Positions 1 through 9,711 are shown, counted from the first letter of the stretch. The stretch is 64,000 nt of DNA from Promethearchaeati archaeon (GCA_013166775.1 JABLTJ010000005.1:139-64138), one strand, 5' to 3'. The notes: generated by a model not told the origin, from the letters alone. Translations and numbers: made by a program.

Positions 1-89
1 AAATATCTTGCTGTATTAATTTGCTGTGTAAACATAAATTTTTTAAGATAGGTTAGTAGTTCGAAACATAAGAAGCTAAGGCGATAATT

Positions 90-1415
90 ATGGAAATAAA
101 GAGACGTAAAATAATAATTATGGGTGCAGCTGGAAGGGATTTTCATAATTTCAATACTTATTTTAGAACAAATGAAATGTATGAAGTAGTTGCTTTTACA
201 GCTACACAAATCCCAGATATTGTAGATCGTAAATATCCTCCTGAGCTCTCAGGAGATTTGTATCCAAATGGCATTCCCATCTATGATGAGAGCGAAATAT
301 CTCGGTTAATTATAGATCTAGATATAGATGAAATCATTTTCTCATATTCTGATGTATCACATGAATATGTGATGCACAAAGCATCACTAGTTAATGCACT
401 TGGTGCTGCTTTCTCCCTACTAGGAACTAAAGGAACCATGATTAAGAGTGTTAAACCTCTAATTAGTGTTTGCGCTGTAAGGACTGGAAGTGGTAAATCC
501 CAAACCTCAAGAAAAATCGTTCAATTACTTCATGATGCTGGAAAGAAAGTCGTAGCAATACGCCATCCTATGCCTTATGGAGATTTGGTAAAGCAAGCAG
601 TGCAAAGATTTGCAGATTATTCTGATTTAGATAAACATGAGACAACCATTGAAGAAAGAGAAGAATATGAACCCTATATTGATAAGAATTTAATTATCTA
701 CTCCGGTGTTGATTATGAAGCAATTTTAAGAGAAGCGGAAAAAGAAGCGGATATAATCTTATGGGATGGAGGGAATAATGATTTCTCTTTCTATAAACCT
801 GATTTACAAATAGTTGTAGCGGATCCACACCGGGTTGGGCATGAACTTCGATATCATCCAGGGGAAACAACTCTAATTTTAGCAGATGTTGTAATAGTCA
901 ACAAAATTACAACAACTGATTACAAGAATGTTTTGCAGCTAGAAGAGAACATTCGAAAAGCAAATCCAGAGGCTATTATTGTAGAGGCTTCTTCCCCTAT
1001 TTTCGTAGATAAACCAGAATTAGTAAAGGGAAAACGAGTTTTAGTTATAGAAGATGGTCCAACTTTAACTCATGGAGAAATGAAATATGGAGCTGGAGTT
1101 GTAGCAGCTAGACGATATGGTGCTAAAGAACTCATTGATCCTCGTCCCTATCTTGTTGGAAGTATGAAAGAAACTTTCGATCATTATCCTGACATTGGTA
1201 CTCTATTGCCAGCAATGGGTTACTATGAACAACAGCTTAAAGATCTTGAAGATACAATAAACAACACAGATTGTGATGTTGTTGTTTCAGCAACTCCTAT
1301 AGATATAACAAGACTAGTGAATGTTAACAAACCTATTGTCAGAGTAAAGTACGAACTTGAAGAAATAGGATATCCAAAATTAAAAGATATTTTAGAAGAA
1401 AAAGGCTTTCTCTAA
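90..1415 (+). CDS. COG2403-type predicted GTPase / cyclic 2,3-diphosphoglycerate synthetase-like protein
   Basis: 441-aa ORF. MGAAGRDFHNFN...VVAFTATQIP, the P-loop-like CAVRTGSGKSQTS and RHPMPYGD match my memory of the archaeal COG2403/CPGS-like family. No search was run. Confidence 0.55.
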   Translation: MEIKRRKIIIMGAAGRDFHNFNTYFRTNEMYEVVAFTATQIPDIVDRKYPPELSGDLYPNGIPIYDESEISRLIIDLDIDEIIFSYSDVSHEYVMHKASLVNALGAAFSLLGTKGTMIKSVKPLISVCAVRTGSGKSQTSRKIVQLLHDAGKKVVAIRHPMPYGDLVKQAVQRFADYSDLDKHETTIEEREEYEPYIDKNLIIYSGVDYEAILREAEKEADIILWDGGNNDFSFYKPDLQIVVADPHRVGHELRYHPGETTLILADVVIVNKITTTDYKNVLQLEENIRKANPEAIIVEASSPIFVDKPELVKGKRVLVIEDGPTLTHGEMKYGAGVVAARRYGAKELIDPRPYLVGSMKETFDHYPDIGTLLPAMGYYEQQLKDLEDTINNTDCDVVVSATPIDITRLVNVNKPIVRVKYELEEIGYPKLKDILEEKGFL

Positions 1416-1545
1416 TTTTTTCCTTTTTTCATATTTTACTATTAGTTATATGAATTAAAAAGTATAAAAGGAATGTGCAGATACAAACAGAATATCAAAA
1501 ACAACAATACCAAATAAAATTTATATTATCTTTTTTCAATTACAA

Positions 1546-2355
1546 ATGAACCAAATGACTTCCTCTGATAAGAATACTGATAATATCATCACTGATGCCT
1601 CTTATGTTCTAGTTGTGCTAAATGAACACAAAAGATGGGTTACTAAAGTTGAAAGCGGAAAACAGTTTCATTGCCACAAAGGTTTCTTTGAATTTGATGA
1701 AATAATAGGAAAACCTTACGGTATACGTATCCTCACAAGCAAATCTAATACTGTCAGTATTTACAAGCCTTTACATATAGATTTTTTAACAAAAATTTCT
1801 CATAGCTCGCAGATAATTTATCCAAAAGATGCAGGTTTAATCCTATTGTATGGAGATATAAAACCTGGGTCGAAGGTTATTGAAGCTGGAACAGGTAGTG
1901 GAGCCTTAACATCTATTTTAGCTAGCTATGTAAGACCTGATGGACACATTTACAGTTATGATAATAGGGAACAAGCCTTTAAAACCGCTTCAAAAAACAT
2001 ACAAAAATTAGGATTTGAGAATGTAATTACTCTTAAACTAAAAGATGCATCTGAAGGATTTGATGAAGAGGAAGTTGATGCAATAGTTTTGGACTTAGCT
2101 AGTCCTGAAGAAATAATTCCTCATGCTTTTCGTTCTCTACGCTCTAGTGGAACAATTTCTATTTTTGTTCCTACCTACAATCAGATAGAGAGAACCTATA
2201 AAGAACTCAAAGAATTTGGTTTCGGAGATATCATTGGTCTTGAGTTAATTAAGAGAGAATTACAGCTTAAAACCAATGCAATTAGACCACGAACAAGAAT
2301 CATTGGGCATACAGGTTTCTTGATTTTTGCCAGAAAACGTGCAAAAATGGTGTAA
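1546..2355 (+). CDS. trmI: tRNA (adenine-N1)-methyltransferase, TrmI/Trm61 (Gcd14) family
   Basis: 269 aa. It has the SAM-binding motif VIEAGTGSGALT, preceded by IIYPKDAGLIL, and C-terminal GHTGFL, which are typical of m1A57/58 tRNA methyltransferases. Confidence 0.8.
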   Translation: MNQMTSSDKNTDNIITDASYVLVVLNEHKRWVTKVESGKQFHCHKGFFEFDEIIGKPYGIRILTSKSNTVSIYKPLHIDFLTKISHSSQIIYPKDAGLILLYGDIKPGSKVIEAGTGSGALTSILASYVRPDGHIYSYDNREQAFKTASKNIQKLGFENVITLKLKDASEGFDEEEVDAIVLDLASPEEIIPHAFRSLRSSGTISIFVPTYNQIERTYKELKEFGFGDIIGLELIKRELQLKTNAIRPRTRIIGHTGFLIFARKRAKMV

Positions 2356-2357
2356 GA

Positions 2358-2828
2358 ATGAGAATAGTTTTTCGATGTAATAGTTGTGAAACTATTAATG
2401 ATATTCCAGAAGAATATGTGTTTCGTTTTTGCAAAAATTGTGGAAAAATAATAACATATACAATTGGTGAAGCAATTATTTACGATAAACGTGTTTTGAT
2501 ATGTGAAAAATTCCTAAACTCACAAAAGCTTTCTGTAAAACTTGCAGAGAGATTTTTTAGTTTAGTAGAAGAGGATGAGAATGATATATCTCAAATTATT
2601 TCTAATCATGAAAACAAAGAATTTGAAATGCTTGATTTACCCGCTGCTTCAATTTCTGATACTGTTCTTCTCATTTTAAAGGAAAGTAAATCAGAGATTT
2701 TGGATGATATTTTAAGGAATTGTTCGTTCTTTGACATATCAGAATCACAATTGGAAAAAATACTTTTACAGTTAAAAAAAGAAGGAATAGTTTACCAACC
2801 AAAAGGATGGTTAATAAAACTAGCTTGA
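2358..2828 (+). CDS. zinc-ribbon protein with C-terminal winged-helix-like domain, function unknown
   Basis: 156-aa ORF starting 3 nt after the trmI stop. It has an N-terminal CNSC...CKNC ribbon and a C-terminal LEKILLQLKKEGIVYQ wHTH-like segment. Confidence 0.4.
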   Translation: MRIVFRCNSCETINDIPEEYVFRFCKNCGKIITYTIGEAIIYDKRVLICEKFLNSQKLSVKLAERFFSLVEEDENDISQIISNHENKEFEMLDLPAASISDTVLLILKESKSEILDDILRNCSFFDISESQLEKILLQLKKEGIVYQPKGWLIKLA

Positions 2829-2837
2829 AGATAGACT

Positions 2838-3479
2838 CTAATATTTTCGTTTTGAAAGTTTTTCCTTTAACCAGCCGTAGATAATTATACCAATAACAAT
2901 TATCACAATTACACCAAATGTTACACCAATACCTATTATAACATTAGAGGAACTACCCAAATCAATTACAGAAACAAGTACACCTTCAACGGCTGTAAAG
3001 TTTAACGCGGGGGGACCAAATTCACTAGTTTCATCATAGACATTTTCAGCAACAAAATATATTGAAACAGTATAACTTGCTTCTGCATTAATTATTATTT
3101 CTTCCATGGTAGCAGTAAATGAGTCTTCTGGTCCAATTGATCTGTGATCCCTATCAAATTCCACGCTGTATTCACTGTTAAATTGGCTACTGTTTTCTGT
3201 ATGTACAAATTCTGCATTTAGAGAAATCACTGTTACTGATTGATCACCTAAATTAGCTAGTGTGGCATGAAAATAGATAGTCTCCCCCCTTATAATTGAG
3301 GTATCAGACATGTTGCCATTAAAAGCTTGTATTAGTTCTCCTGTTTGGGAAAATGAATTTTCTGTAATTGGCAAGGAATCTTTTGCAATGGATACGTTTG
3401 AAAACGGAGTAGTTGCAAATAATACAATAATTAAACATAAGCCTGCTTTCAAACCAAATCGTTTATTCATCTTATTCAA
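2838..3479 (-). CDS. membrane-anchored extracellular protein (CARDB-like beta-sandwich)
   Basis: 213 aa with an N-terminal signal/anchor. The ectodomain segment GETIYFHATLANLGDQSVTVISL looks CARDB-like. A C-terminal TM helix is followed by a basic tail. Possible starts are TTG at 3479 and ATG at 3470. The stop of the upstream gene overlaps the start (TTGA). Confidence 0.45.
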   Translation of the reverse strand: MNKMNKRFGLKAGLCLIIVLFATTPFSNVSIAKDSLPITENSFSQTGELIQAFNGNMSDTSIIRGETIYFHATLANLGDQSVTVISLNAEFVHTENSSQFNSEYSVEFDRDHRSIGPEDSFTATMEEIIINAEASYTVSIYFVAENVYDETSEFGPPALNFTAVEGVLVSVIDLGSSSNVIIGIGVTFGVIVIIVIGIIIYGWLKEKLSKRKY

Positions 3480-4123
3480 CCTTCTTCTTGGATAAGCATT
3501 AAAGAAAGTTTTCTTTTCAGCTCTTCTAATGACCTTTCTATACGCTTCTCATAAGTGTTATTAATGCTGATTTTTCCATCAATTGTTTCCAAAATGACCC
3601 CACCAATATTTGTGATGTGTTTTTCTGAAACATTGATTTTAACATCTAATTTCTGCTCTTTCTTTATTTCAGCTGATATTGAATCGAGAAACTGTTTAGA
3701 TAAAATGCTTTTGTCCTCTTTTCGACAATAAACATTTATTTCCTGTTGTTTGAGAGTAAGAATAGCTTCTAATATCATATTTCTCAAACTTTTTTCATAT
3801 TCTTTGGTTTTTATTAGAGATTCTATTTTTTTATTTGCTTTCTGAACGAATTCGTATACAATTTCATCTCTAAATTTTGTAATTTTTAAACGAAGATCTA
3901 AATCTTGTTTAGCTTTCTCATTCAAGAATTCAGATTCGGCCTCATTCTCAGCTTCTTTAACGATATCTTCCTCAATTTTCTTAATTTTTTCGTTAGCCTC
4001 CTTGTTAATCTTATCAATCTCTTCTTCTTGTTCAGCTAAGATTTTTTGAATAATTACATCTGTGTTTTCTTCAATTTTTTTTGTTATTTCTGGATTGAAT
4101 CGCTCTTCGCTCATTAACAACAC
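3476..4123 (-). CDS. atpE: A1AO/V-type ATPase subunit E-like protein (orphan copy)
   Basis: 215 aa. The N-terminal half is charged and helical. The C-terminal GGVILETIDGKISINNTYEKRIERSLEEL matches the conserved globular end of archaeal subunit E. No other ATPase genes are in the window. Confidence 0.6.
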   Translation of the reverse strand: MLLMSEERFNPEITKKIEENTDVIIQKILAEQEEEIDKINKEANEKIKKIEEDIVKEAENEAESEFLNEKAKQDLDLRLKITKFRDEIVYEFVQKANKKIESLIKTKEYEKSLRNMILEAILTLKQQEINVYCRKEDKSILSKQFLDSISAEIKKEQKLDVKINVSEKHITNIGGVILETIDGKISINNTYEKRIERSLEELKRKLSLMLIQEEG

Positions 4124-4227
4124 TTCTTTATAGCATTGGAGAATTTGTTTAGGATTTGAAAAGTTTGCTTATAAAAATTATGTTACGAATGTTTAGCTGT
4201 ACATTTTGTTTTATATTGGCTAGTTTA

Positions 4228-5322
4228 CTATTCAAACAGTGTTTCATCTGTTGCATATCTATAAGCAAGAGCAAAGAGAACAAAGAATACACTAGCTGAC
4301 ACAGCTACTATTGCAGTAATAGCTACATCTGGTCTTGCTGCAAATTTTACCACGAAGTTGACTGCAATAAAGATTAGAACCATGATTCTTCCTCCTCCTC
4401 CTGTTTCCTTCGAAAGTTTCTTTCTCCATCTGATAAATGTTTCAAGACCACTTAAAACAACAGCAATAATGTTAATTATGAACATTGTAGTTCCTGCTGA
4501 TTTCCATTTATCCACAGTACCAAAAAGTGCTAAAATACCCCCAAACAATGCAATTTTAATTATCAAACCTATTCTGTCTGTAACTTCTTTTGTATAAGAA
4601 ACCTGTGATGCTCCTTCACGTAAGAGAATAAAGAAATTACCTATGGCAATAGCACAAGCTAAGCACAAAACAACACCGTAGAAGATAGGTGAATATTCCA
4701 CCCAAGTTTTCCAAATTGGTTGAATAACTAAAGCAAATTCGCTATAAAAAGCAATAGTTACCATTAATGGAATGGCAGCTAAAAATAAACCAGGAATGAC
4801 AATAAGAAGAGCTGGAACATTTTTCTTGACGCCAAAAGCATACAATATTAATTTCACTGCGAAAAATGCACCAAAGACAGCAATGATTGGTGATCCAAAT
4901 GGCAGTATAAAGAAAAACAAACAGAATATAGCATTTATGAAGTAGAAAATTTTTGTATCAATTCTTACTTTTCCCAAAGCTCTCCACATTAATTCATAAG
5001 AGTTCGCAATTTTAGTAGCTCTAACAATTGACGCTAATGTAAATGGTAAAGCAAAAATCAGCGGTGCAACAATTTTTAGAATAATCATATCTCCTGTTAC
5101 TCCAAAAGGACTAAAGGTTGATTCTCTCCAGAAGAAGAAACTTGCAAGACTACTTGGATATGGTCCCAACCATGCCCAAAGGTAGAAATATACTGGAAAA
5201 ATAAATATCTGCAGTAAGACAATTAATCTGTTTATCATTAATCCTCTAAGTTCTACCAAATTTATACACCACTTTGAATTATTAGCATTCCAAATAAAAA
5301 AACATTTGCTTTTCAATTTCAA
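4228..5322 (-). CDS. polytopic membrane protein, unknown family
   Basis: 364-aa ORF with about 9-10 hydrophobic helices. The real start is probably the internal Met (MINRLIV, about 5238). Confidence 0.5.
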   Translation of the reverse strand: MKLKSKCFFIWNANNSKWCINLVELRGLMINRLIVLLQIFIFPVYFYLWAWLGPYPSSLASFFFWRESTFSPFGVTGDMIILKIVAPLIFALPFTLASIVRATKIANSYELMWRALGKVRIDTKIFYFINAIFCLFFFILPFGSPIIAVFGAFFAVKLILYAFGVKKNVPALLIVIPGLFLAAIPLMVTIAFYSEFALVIQPIWKTWVEYSPIFYGVVLCLACAIAIGNFFILLREGASQVSYTKEVTDRIGLIIKIALFGGILALFGTVDKWKSAGTTMFIINIIAVVLSGLETFIRWRKKLSKETGGGGRIMVLIFIAVNFVVKFAARPDVAITAIVAVSASVFFVLFALAYRYATDETLFE

Positions 5323-5362
5323 TTAACTAAACTTTATTAAATCTTAACAGTTTTAGTATCAC

Positions 5363-6640
5363 TTGAGGGTTATGACTGAAACTCAAATCTCAATAGAGGA
5401 CTTGTTTAAGAAGTACAATATCCAGCCTCATGATTTGGAATATATTCTTAATTTTATGCAAAAAGAGAATATTACTCCTCAATTAGCTATGCGAAGAATC
5501 AAGATGTTTGAGAAGTTACAAGAAAAGATGGAACAATCTCAATCAGATGATAAAGTAAAGGAGTTGACAATGGAACTTGATCATATTTCCAAAGTAGTTG
5601 AGGATTTACAATCAGAAAGAGATTCTTTACAAGAAGAAAAAGCCAAATTAGATAAAGAAATTGAAGAAACAAAATTAGAGCAAGATTTATTCAATGCAGA
5701 GAGAGAGGAGCTCAAAATACAAATGCATGCTCTAATGGATTCAATTGGAGACATTGAACATGAAGCAGAGGAAGGGGAAGAAAAATTATCTTCTGAAAAT
5801 CAAGAACTAAAAAAGAAACTCAGCATGATGGTTGCTGGTAGTCAAACACTCAAAGATAAGCTGCTTAAGATTGGATCAGAGAATCCATCTTTACGTTCAC
5901 TGATTCAGGACATAGAAAGAGGTTTAATTGCTGTAATCGATGGTAAACAGATACCCACAGATATTGGCTTTACTGCCCCCACTGAACTTATAGCAACATC
6001 TGCTCAACCAACCACTTCTATAATTGAAACTCCAGTAGCAGTTAAAGAAGAAACAGTGTCGGAAACGATATCTCCTGATCAAATTCAATTTGTTACTCCT
6101 TCCACCTCAACTGAAACTACACCTGAAGCAAAAACCGCTGAATCTAAACCAGCATCTACTCCAGCTGTATCAACACCTCCTCCAGAAAAGAAAGAAGCTT
6201 CTGCATCTTCCAAGCCTATAATTAAAGAAAAACTCTTTGCTGAACCTGAGGAAATAGAGGAGGTAATACCTGAACCTGCACCAACTTCTGAACCCGCGTC
6301 CGTACCCAAAACTGAACCGGAAAAACCCAAACCTAAACCTGTTCCAGTAGAAGATACTAAGAAAGTAGATGTTACTAAGAAGCCTGTTCCAGAAGGTACA
6401 AACGTTTCTGCCAAAATCGAAAAAATTCTCAAATTGTTTATATCATATGCAGAACAAGCTGATACAGATGAAAATTGGAAAGCAAGAATTGCAGCGATAT
6501 GTGATATGGATGAAGCATACATAGAACTTGGGGGATTAGCAATGTCACAAATATATGCATACCAGACTAAAACCATTAAGAAGAAGAGCGAATTTGAAAG
6601 ATTACTAAAATCTTGGATGGAAAACGGTCTTCCTAGGTAA
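5363..6640 (+). CDS. coiled-coil protein with P/T/E/K-rich linker, unknown function
   Basis: 425 aa (TTG at 5363, first ATG at 5372). It has an N-terminal helical domain, a long E/K/L coiled coil, a low-complexity PEPAPTSEPASVPKTEPEKPKPKP linker and a small C-terminal globular domain. Confidence 0.5.
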   Translation: MRVMTETQISIEDLFKKYNIQPHDLEYILNFMQKENITPQLAMRRIKMFEKLQEKMEQSQSDDKVKELTMELDHISKVVEDLQSERDSLQEEKAKLDKEIEETKLEQDLFNAEREELKIQMHALMDSIGDIEHEAEEGEEKLSSENQELKKKLSMMVAGSQTLKDKLLKIGSENPSLRSLIQDIERGLIAVIDGKQIPTDIGFTAPTELIATSAQPTTSIIETPVAVKEETVSETISPDQIQFVTPSTSTETTPEAKTAESKPASTPAVSTPPPEKKEASASSKPIIKEKLFAEPEEIEEVIPEPAPTSEPASVPKTEPEKPKPKPVPVEDTKKVDVTKKPVPEGTNVSAKIEKILKLFISYAEQADTDENWKARIAAICDMDEAYIELGGLAMSQIYAYQTKTIKKKSEFERLLKSWMENGLPR

Positions 6641-6726
6641 ACAAAGTTGCTAATTCTTTCTGAAACTTTTATTTTTTAGTTATTTCAGAAAGAAATAAAT
6701 AAGGAGAAAGATGAGATTACTAAAAT

Positions 6727-6820
6727 GGGCCAGTAGTCTAGCATGGATAAGGCACCGGCCTTCGGAAGCATTGCTGAAGAGAGTCGGAGGTCGCAGGTTC
6801 AAATCCTGCCTGGTCCGCCA
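6727..6820 (+). tRNA. tRNA-Arg (anticodon TCG) with 16-nt intron
   Basis: Manual cloverleaf. Acceptor GGGCCAG/CTGGTCC; D stem GTCT/AGGC; anticodon stem CCGGC/GTCGG; loop C-T-TCG-G with the anticodon at 6762-6764. The intron lies at about 6766-6781, after position 37. T arm GCAGG-TTCAAAT-CCTGC; discriminator G; CCA is encoded; a T5 run follows. Confidence 0.85.
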
Positions 6821-6886
6821 TTTTTCTTTACATCTTTATCATAAAAAGGTTTATTTGAAATGGTTTAATTTTTTTTTGACATTAAA

Positions 6887-7621
6887 TTGAAATCTACTTC
6901 TCAAATTACTATATTCAGTCTTTTTTTACTAGTAATGGTGATTTCATCTTATCCTTGTATTTTTCAAACAGGCTTTGCTTCTTATATTGAGATCGATACA
7001 TGGGTTGATTACACAGTTTTGGAGTCAAGTAATGGTACAAATTATTTTTACGGAGCTTGGCCCCCAGGATACTACTTTGGAAATTGGAACATCTCCAAAG
7101 GAGAGCATATGCATTATACTGTAACATCCTCAGATATTATAGGAATTAACGGAACTTTAGCAATTGGCAATTATACCTTCAATGATGTAAGAAATATAGA
7201 TCTTGCAAGTGCTTTAGCTTTAAGTATTTACCCTTGGAATGGTGGCTTTTTTGCCAATTCGTCTGATTGGCCAGCAATCAGAACTCAGATTGAAGATACA
7301 AATACAAGCATTGAGGAAAGCTCAAACTTAGAACATAAGATCAATGATTTAAATCGATATTTTGACATCATAAAATTCAATACTACAAACTATTATGGTC
7401 AAAATTCTTTGTTCTATTATGATACGGAATCTGGGATTCTCCTATGTGCAAAATCTTATTTTGGTAACTATCTTCTTAACATTTCCTTGTCGATGTCATC
7501 TCTAGAACTTGGTTTTCCCTCAAAAACATATGATTTAAAGACTCCTTACACTTTTTCATATGTATTGGTTTTCTTAGCAATTATAATTTTAAAACGGAAA
7601 GCATGGAAAAAAACAACTTAA
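6887..7621 (+). CDS. secreted, C-terminally anchored putative glycoprotein
   Basis: 244 aa (TTG start). It has a signal peptide, an ectodomain with 8 N-x-S/T sequons by manual count, and a C-terminal TM helix plus a KRKAWKK tail. Confidence 0.5.
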   Translation: MKSTSQITIFSLFLLVMVISSYPCIFQTGFASYIEIDTWVDYTVLESSNGTNYFYGAWPPGYYFGNWNISKGEHMHYTVTSSDIIGINGTLAIGNYTFNDVRNIDLASALALSIYPWNGGFFANSSDWPAIRTQIEDTNTSIEESSNLEHKINDLNRYFDIIKFNTTNYYGQNSLFYYDTESGILLCAKSYFGNYLLNISLSMSSLELGFPSKTYDLKTPYTFSYVLVFLAIIILKRKAWKKTT

Positions 7622-7721
7622 GCTTCTACATCGAATACACAAAGTGTTTTTTTGGATTGTTTGAAATTTCTTGCTATTGACCTAGCCGCAAGAAATATTA
7701 AATATAAAAGAATATAAAGAA

Positions 7722-8552
7722 TTGAACAATATGAGTGAGAGTACACAAAAATGCCCTAGTTGTACTGAAACGGTTCCATTAGAATATTCAATATGCCCTT
7801 TTTGTGGATTTGGTCTTTTGGAATATGAGCTCAGAAGATTTGCTTTTAAACCCTCAATAAAGGAAGTTTTTCTTAGAGTATATGCTTTCTTCCGTTATCC
7901 ATTTAAAACAAGCGAAGAATTCGGTTTTGCAACAGAATCAAAAGGAGGAAATCTATTACTTCTATTATTCTCACTCTTCTTATCCCTGAGATACTATATG
8001 ATAATTATAAAGGCAGGAATTGGATTTTCCTCAATCCAAGTAGGAAATCCAGGAGAGGGTTTTGGATTCATGCTTCCAGTAAGTTTGTTATTGTTCTTCA
8101 TAACTTTACTTCTTATGCCTTTCATAGTGTGGATTATATACAAATTACTGTTCGTAATTGGAACCTGGTTAATGGCTAAATTGGCTTCCATGTTGGGTTC
8201 TGAAGCATCAACAAAACAATTGCGAACTTTAGTGGGTTATTCCATAGCTCCAATAGTTGTTGGAGAATTCATAGGTATCCTTGTTGCACTCATTACGCCT
8301 TCACCTGGTAGTGTTGGAGGGACAGCAGATTTTGAAGCGTTCAGAACATTCATGGAGAGTTTTTATGGCTCTACTATCATGTTCATTTTCAGGATTTTAA
8401 TGCTAATTCTTTGGGCTATTACAATTATATACCTGTCAATTGGTTTGAGAGTTGTGGGCAAGATGGCTTGGGTAAATTCAGTAATCGCAATTACTTTACC
8501 AATAGGATTGTTCGTATATTTCTTCTATATCTCAGGATTAGTTGGAGGATAG
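7722..8552 (+). CDS. zinc-ribbon / Yip1-domain membrane protein
   Basis: 276 aa (TTG at 7722, ATG at 7731). A CPSC...CPFC ribbon is followed by about 5 TM helices. AKLASMLGSEASTKQLRTLVGYSIAPIVV fits the prokaryotic Yip1-domain pattern. Confidence 0.55.
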   Translation: MNNMSESTQKCPSCTETVPLEYSICPFCGFGLLEYELRRFAFKPSIKEVFLRVYAFFRYPFKTSEEFGFATESKGGNLLLLLFSLFLSLRYYMIIIKAGIGFSSIQVGNPGEGFGFMLPVSLLLFFITLLLMPFIVWIIYKLLFVIGTWLMAKLASMLGSEASTKQLRTLVGYSIAPIVVGEFIGILVALITPSPGSVGGTADFEAFRTFMESFYGSTIMFIFRILMLILWAITIIYLSIGLRVVGKMAWVNSVIAITLPIGLFVYFFYISGLVGG

Positions 8553-8653
8553 CAAGTATATTCCATTTTACTATTTTCTTCAATCTAGATAATCATTTTA
8601 TATATAGTAATGAACTATAAATTGAAAGCGTTAGATAGAAAAGGACTGATTAT

Positions 8654-9658
8654 TTGAAAAAGGTAAGCAACGAGAAAATGGAAGATGTGGGTGAAAGGGC
8701 TTTTCTTAAAAGAATAAAAGATTTAGTTGATGAATCCTTGCTACAGTTCAATGATGATGCTTCTGCAGTCTTGTTGCCTTCTGGAGCAGTTATGGTTATT
8801 AACGTAGATATGTTAGTTTTCAAGACCGATGTATTACCTGGTATGTCTTTTGAACAAGTAGGTAAAAAAGCTGTTACAATGTCAATCAGCGATATTATTG
8901 CGAAAGGAGCTAAACCTTACGGATGTTTGGCTAGCCTTGGTCTTAAACCAGACACAAAAACTGAAAATGCTCAAAGTATTCTAAAGGGAGTTAAAGCGCA
9001 ATGTTCCTATTATGATACAAAATTTCTTGGTGGGGATTTGAATGAAAGCTCTGATATAGTTCTCGATGTTGTTTCATATGGTATATGTAAAATAGATAAA
9101 TTAATTCCAAGAAAAGGGGTGAAAAACGGGGATTTAATTTACTCAACTGGTTTATTTGGGCTAACATCTTTGGGTTTTAGGACATTACTAAAAAACTTGG
9201 AACTTCCTTTATCCTTGAAAAAAGAAACCTTATCTTCTGTTTATGAACCTATAGCACGTGTTGATTTTCTTCCTCTATTTGATTCATTTGACATAAAGAT
9301 TTGTATGGATAGTTCTGATGGATTATTAATAACTCTAACAGATCTTTCACAGATTAATAATCTGGGGATTGAGATAAACAACCTTCCAATTCATACAGAA
9401 GCATTAGAATGTGCAGAGGACTATACTTTGAATCCTCTTGAATTGGCTTTCAAAGGTGGAGAGGAATTTGAGCTGATTTTTGCAATAGACTCAGCTAAAC
9501 GCATAGAATTACAAAAAGAAGCAGAACGATTGGGATTGGCTATATATCTTATAGGTGCATTCAATGAAAATGAAAAAGGAATCGTTATCAAAGATTCTCG
9601 TTTTAGTGATTTTAATCTTCCAAAGGAAGGTTTTGAACACTTCAAAAAATTAACTTAA
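8654..9658 (+). CDS. thiL: thiamine-monophosphate kinase (AIR synthase-related)
   Basis: 334 aa. DDASAV, MSISDIIAKGAKP, GGDLNES and DSSDGL are typical of ThiL/PurM-fold kinases. Confidence 0.75.
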   Translation: MKKVSNEKMEDVGERAFLKRIKDLVDESLLQFNDDASAVLLPSGAVMVINVDMLVFKTDVLPGMSFEQVGKKAVTMSISDIIAKGAKPYGCLASLGLKPDTKTENAQSILKGVKAQCSYYDTKFLGGDLNESSDIVLDVVSYGICKIDKLIPRKGVKNGDLIYSTGLFGLTSLGFRTLLKNLELPLSLKKETLSSVYEPIARVDFLPLFDSFDIKICMDSSDGLLITLTDLSQINNLGIEINNLPIHTEALECAEDYTLNPLELAFKGGEEFELIFAIDSAKRIELQKEAERLGLAIYLIGAFNENEKGIVIKDSRFSDFNLPKEGFEHFKKLT

Positions 9659-9711
9659 AGTGATTTAAGAAACCTTAAGAAGTGATTATTGTTTTTTATT
9701 ATCGATTAATT

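Noticed and set aside
4358-4597. Short plus-strand ORFs at 3310-3495, 4358-4597 and 8411-8620
   Set aside because: They lie antisense to, or overlap out of frame with, longer membrane-protein ORFs. They have biased hydrophobic composition and no start context.
6085-6576. 163-aa minus-strand ORF inside the 5363-6640 gene
   Set aside because: It lies antisense to the P/T/E-rich low-complexity region. Its G/S/V/A-rich translation is the mirror image of that repeat composition, and it has no start context. It is an artefact of low complexity.
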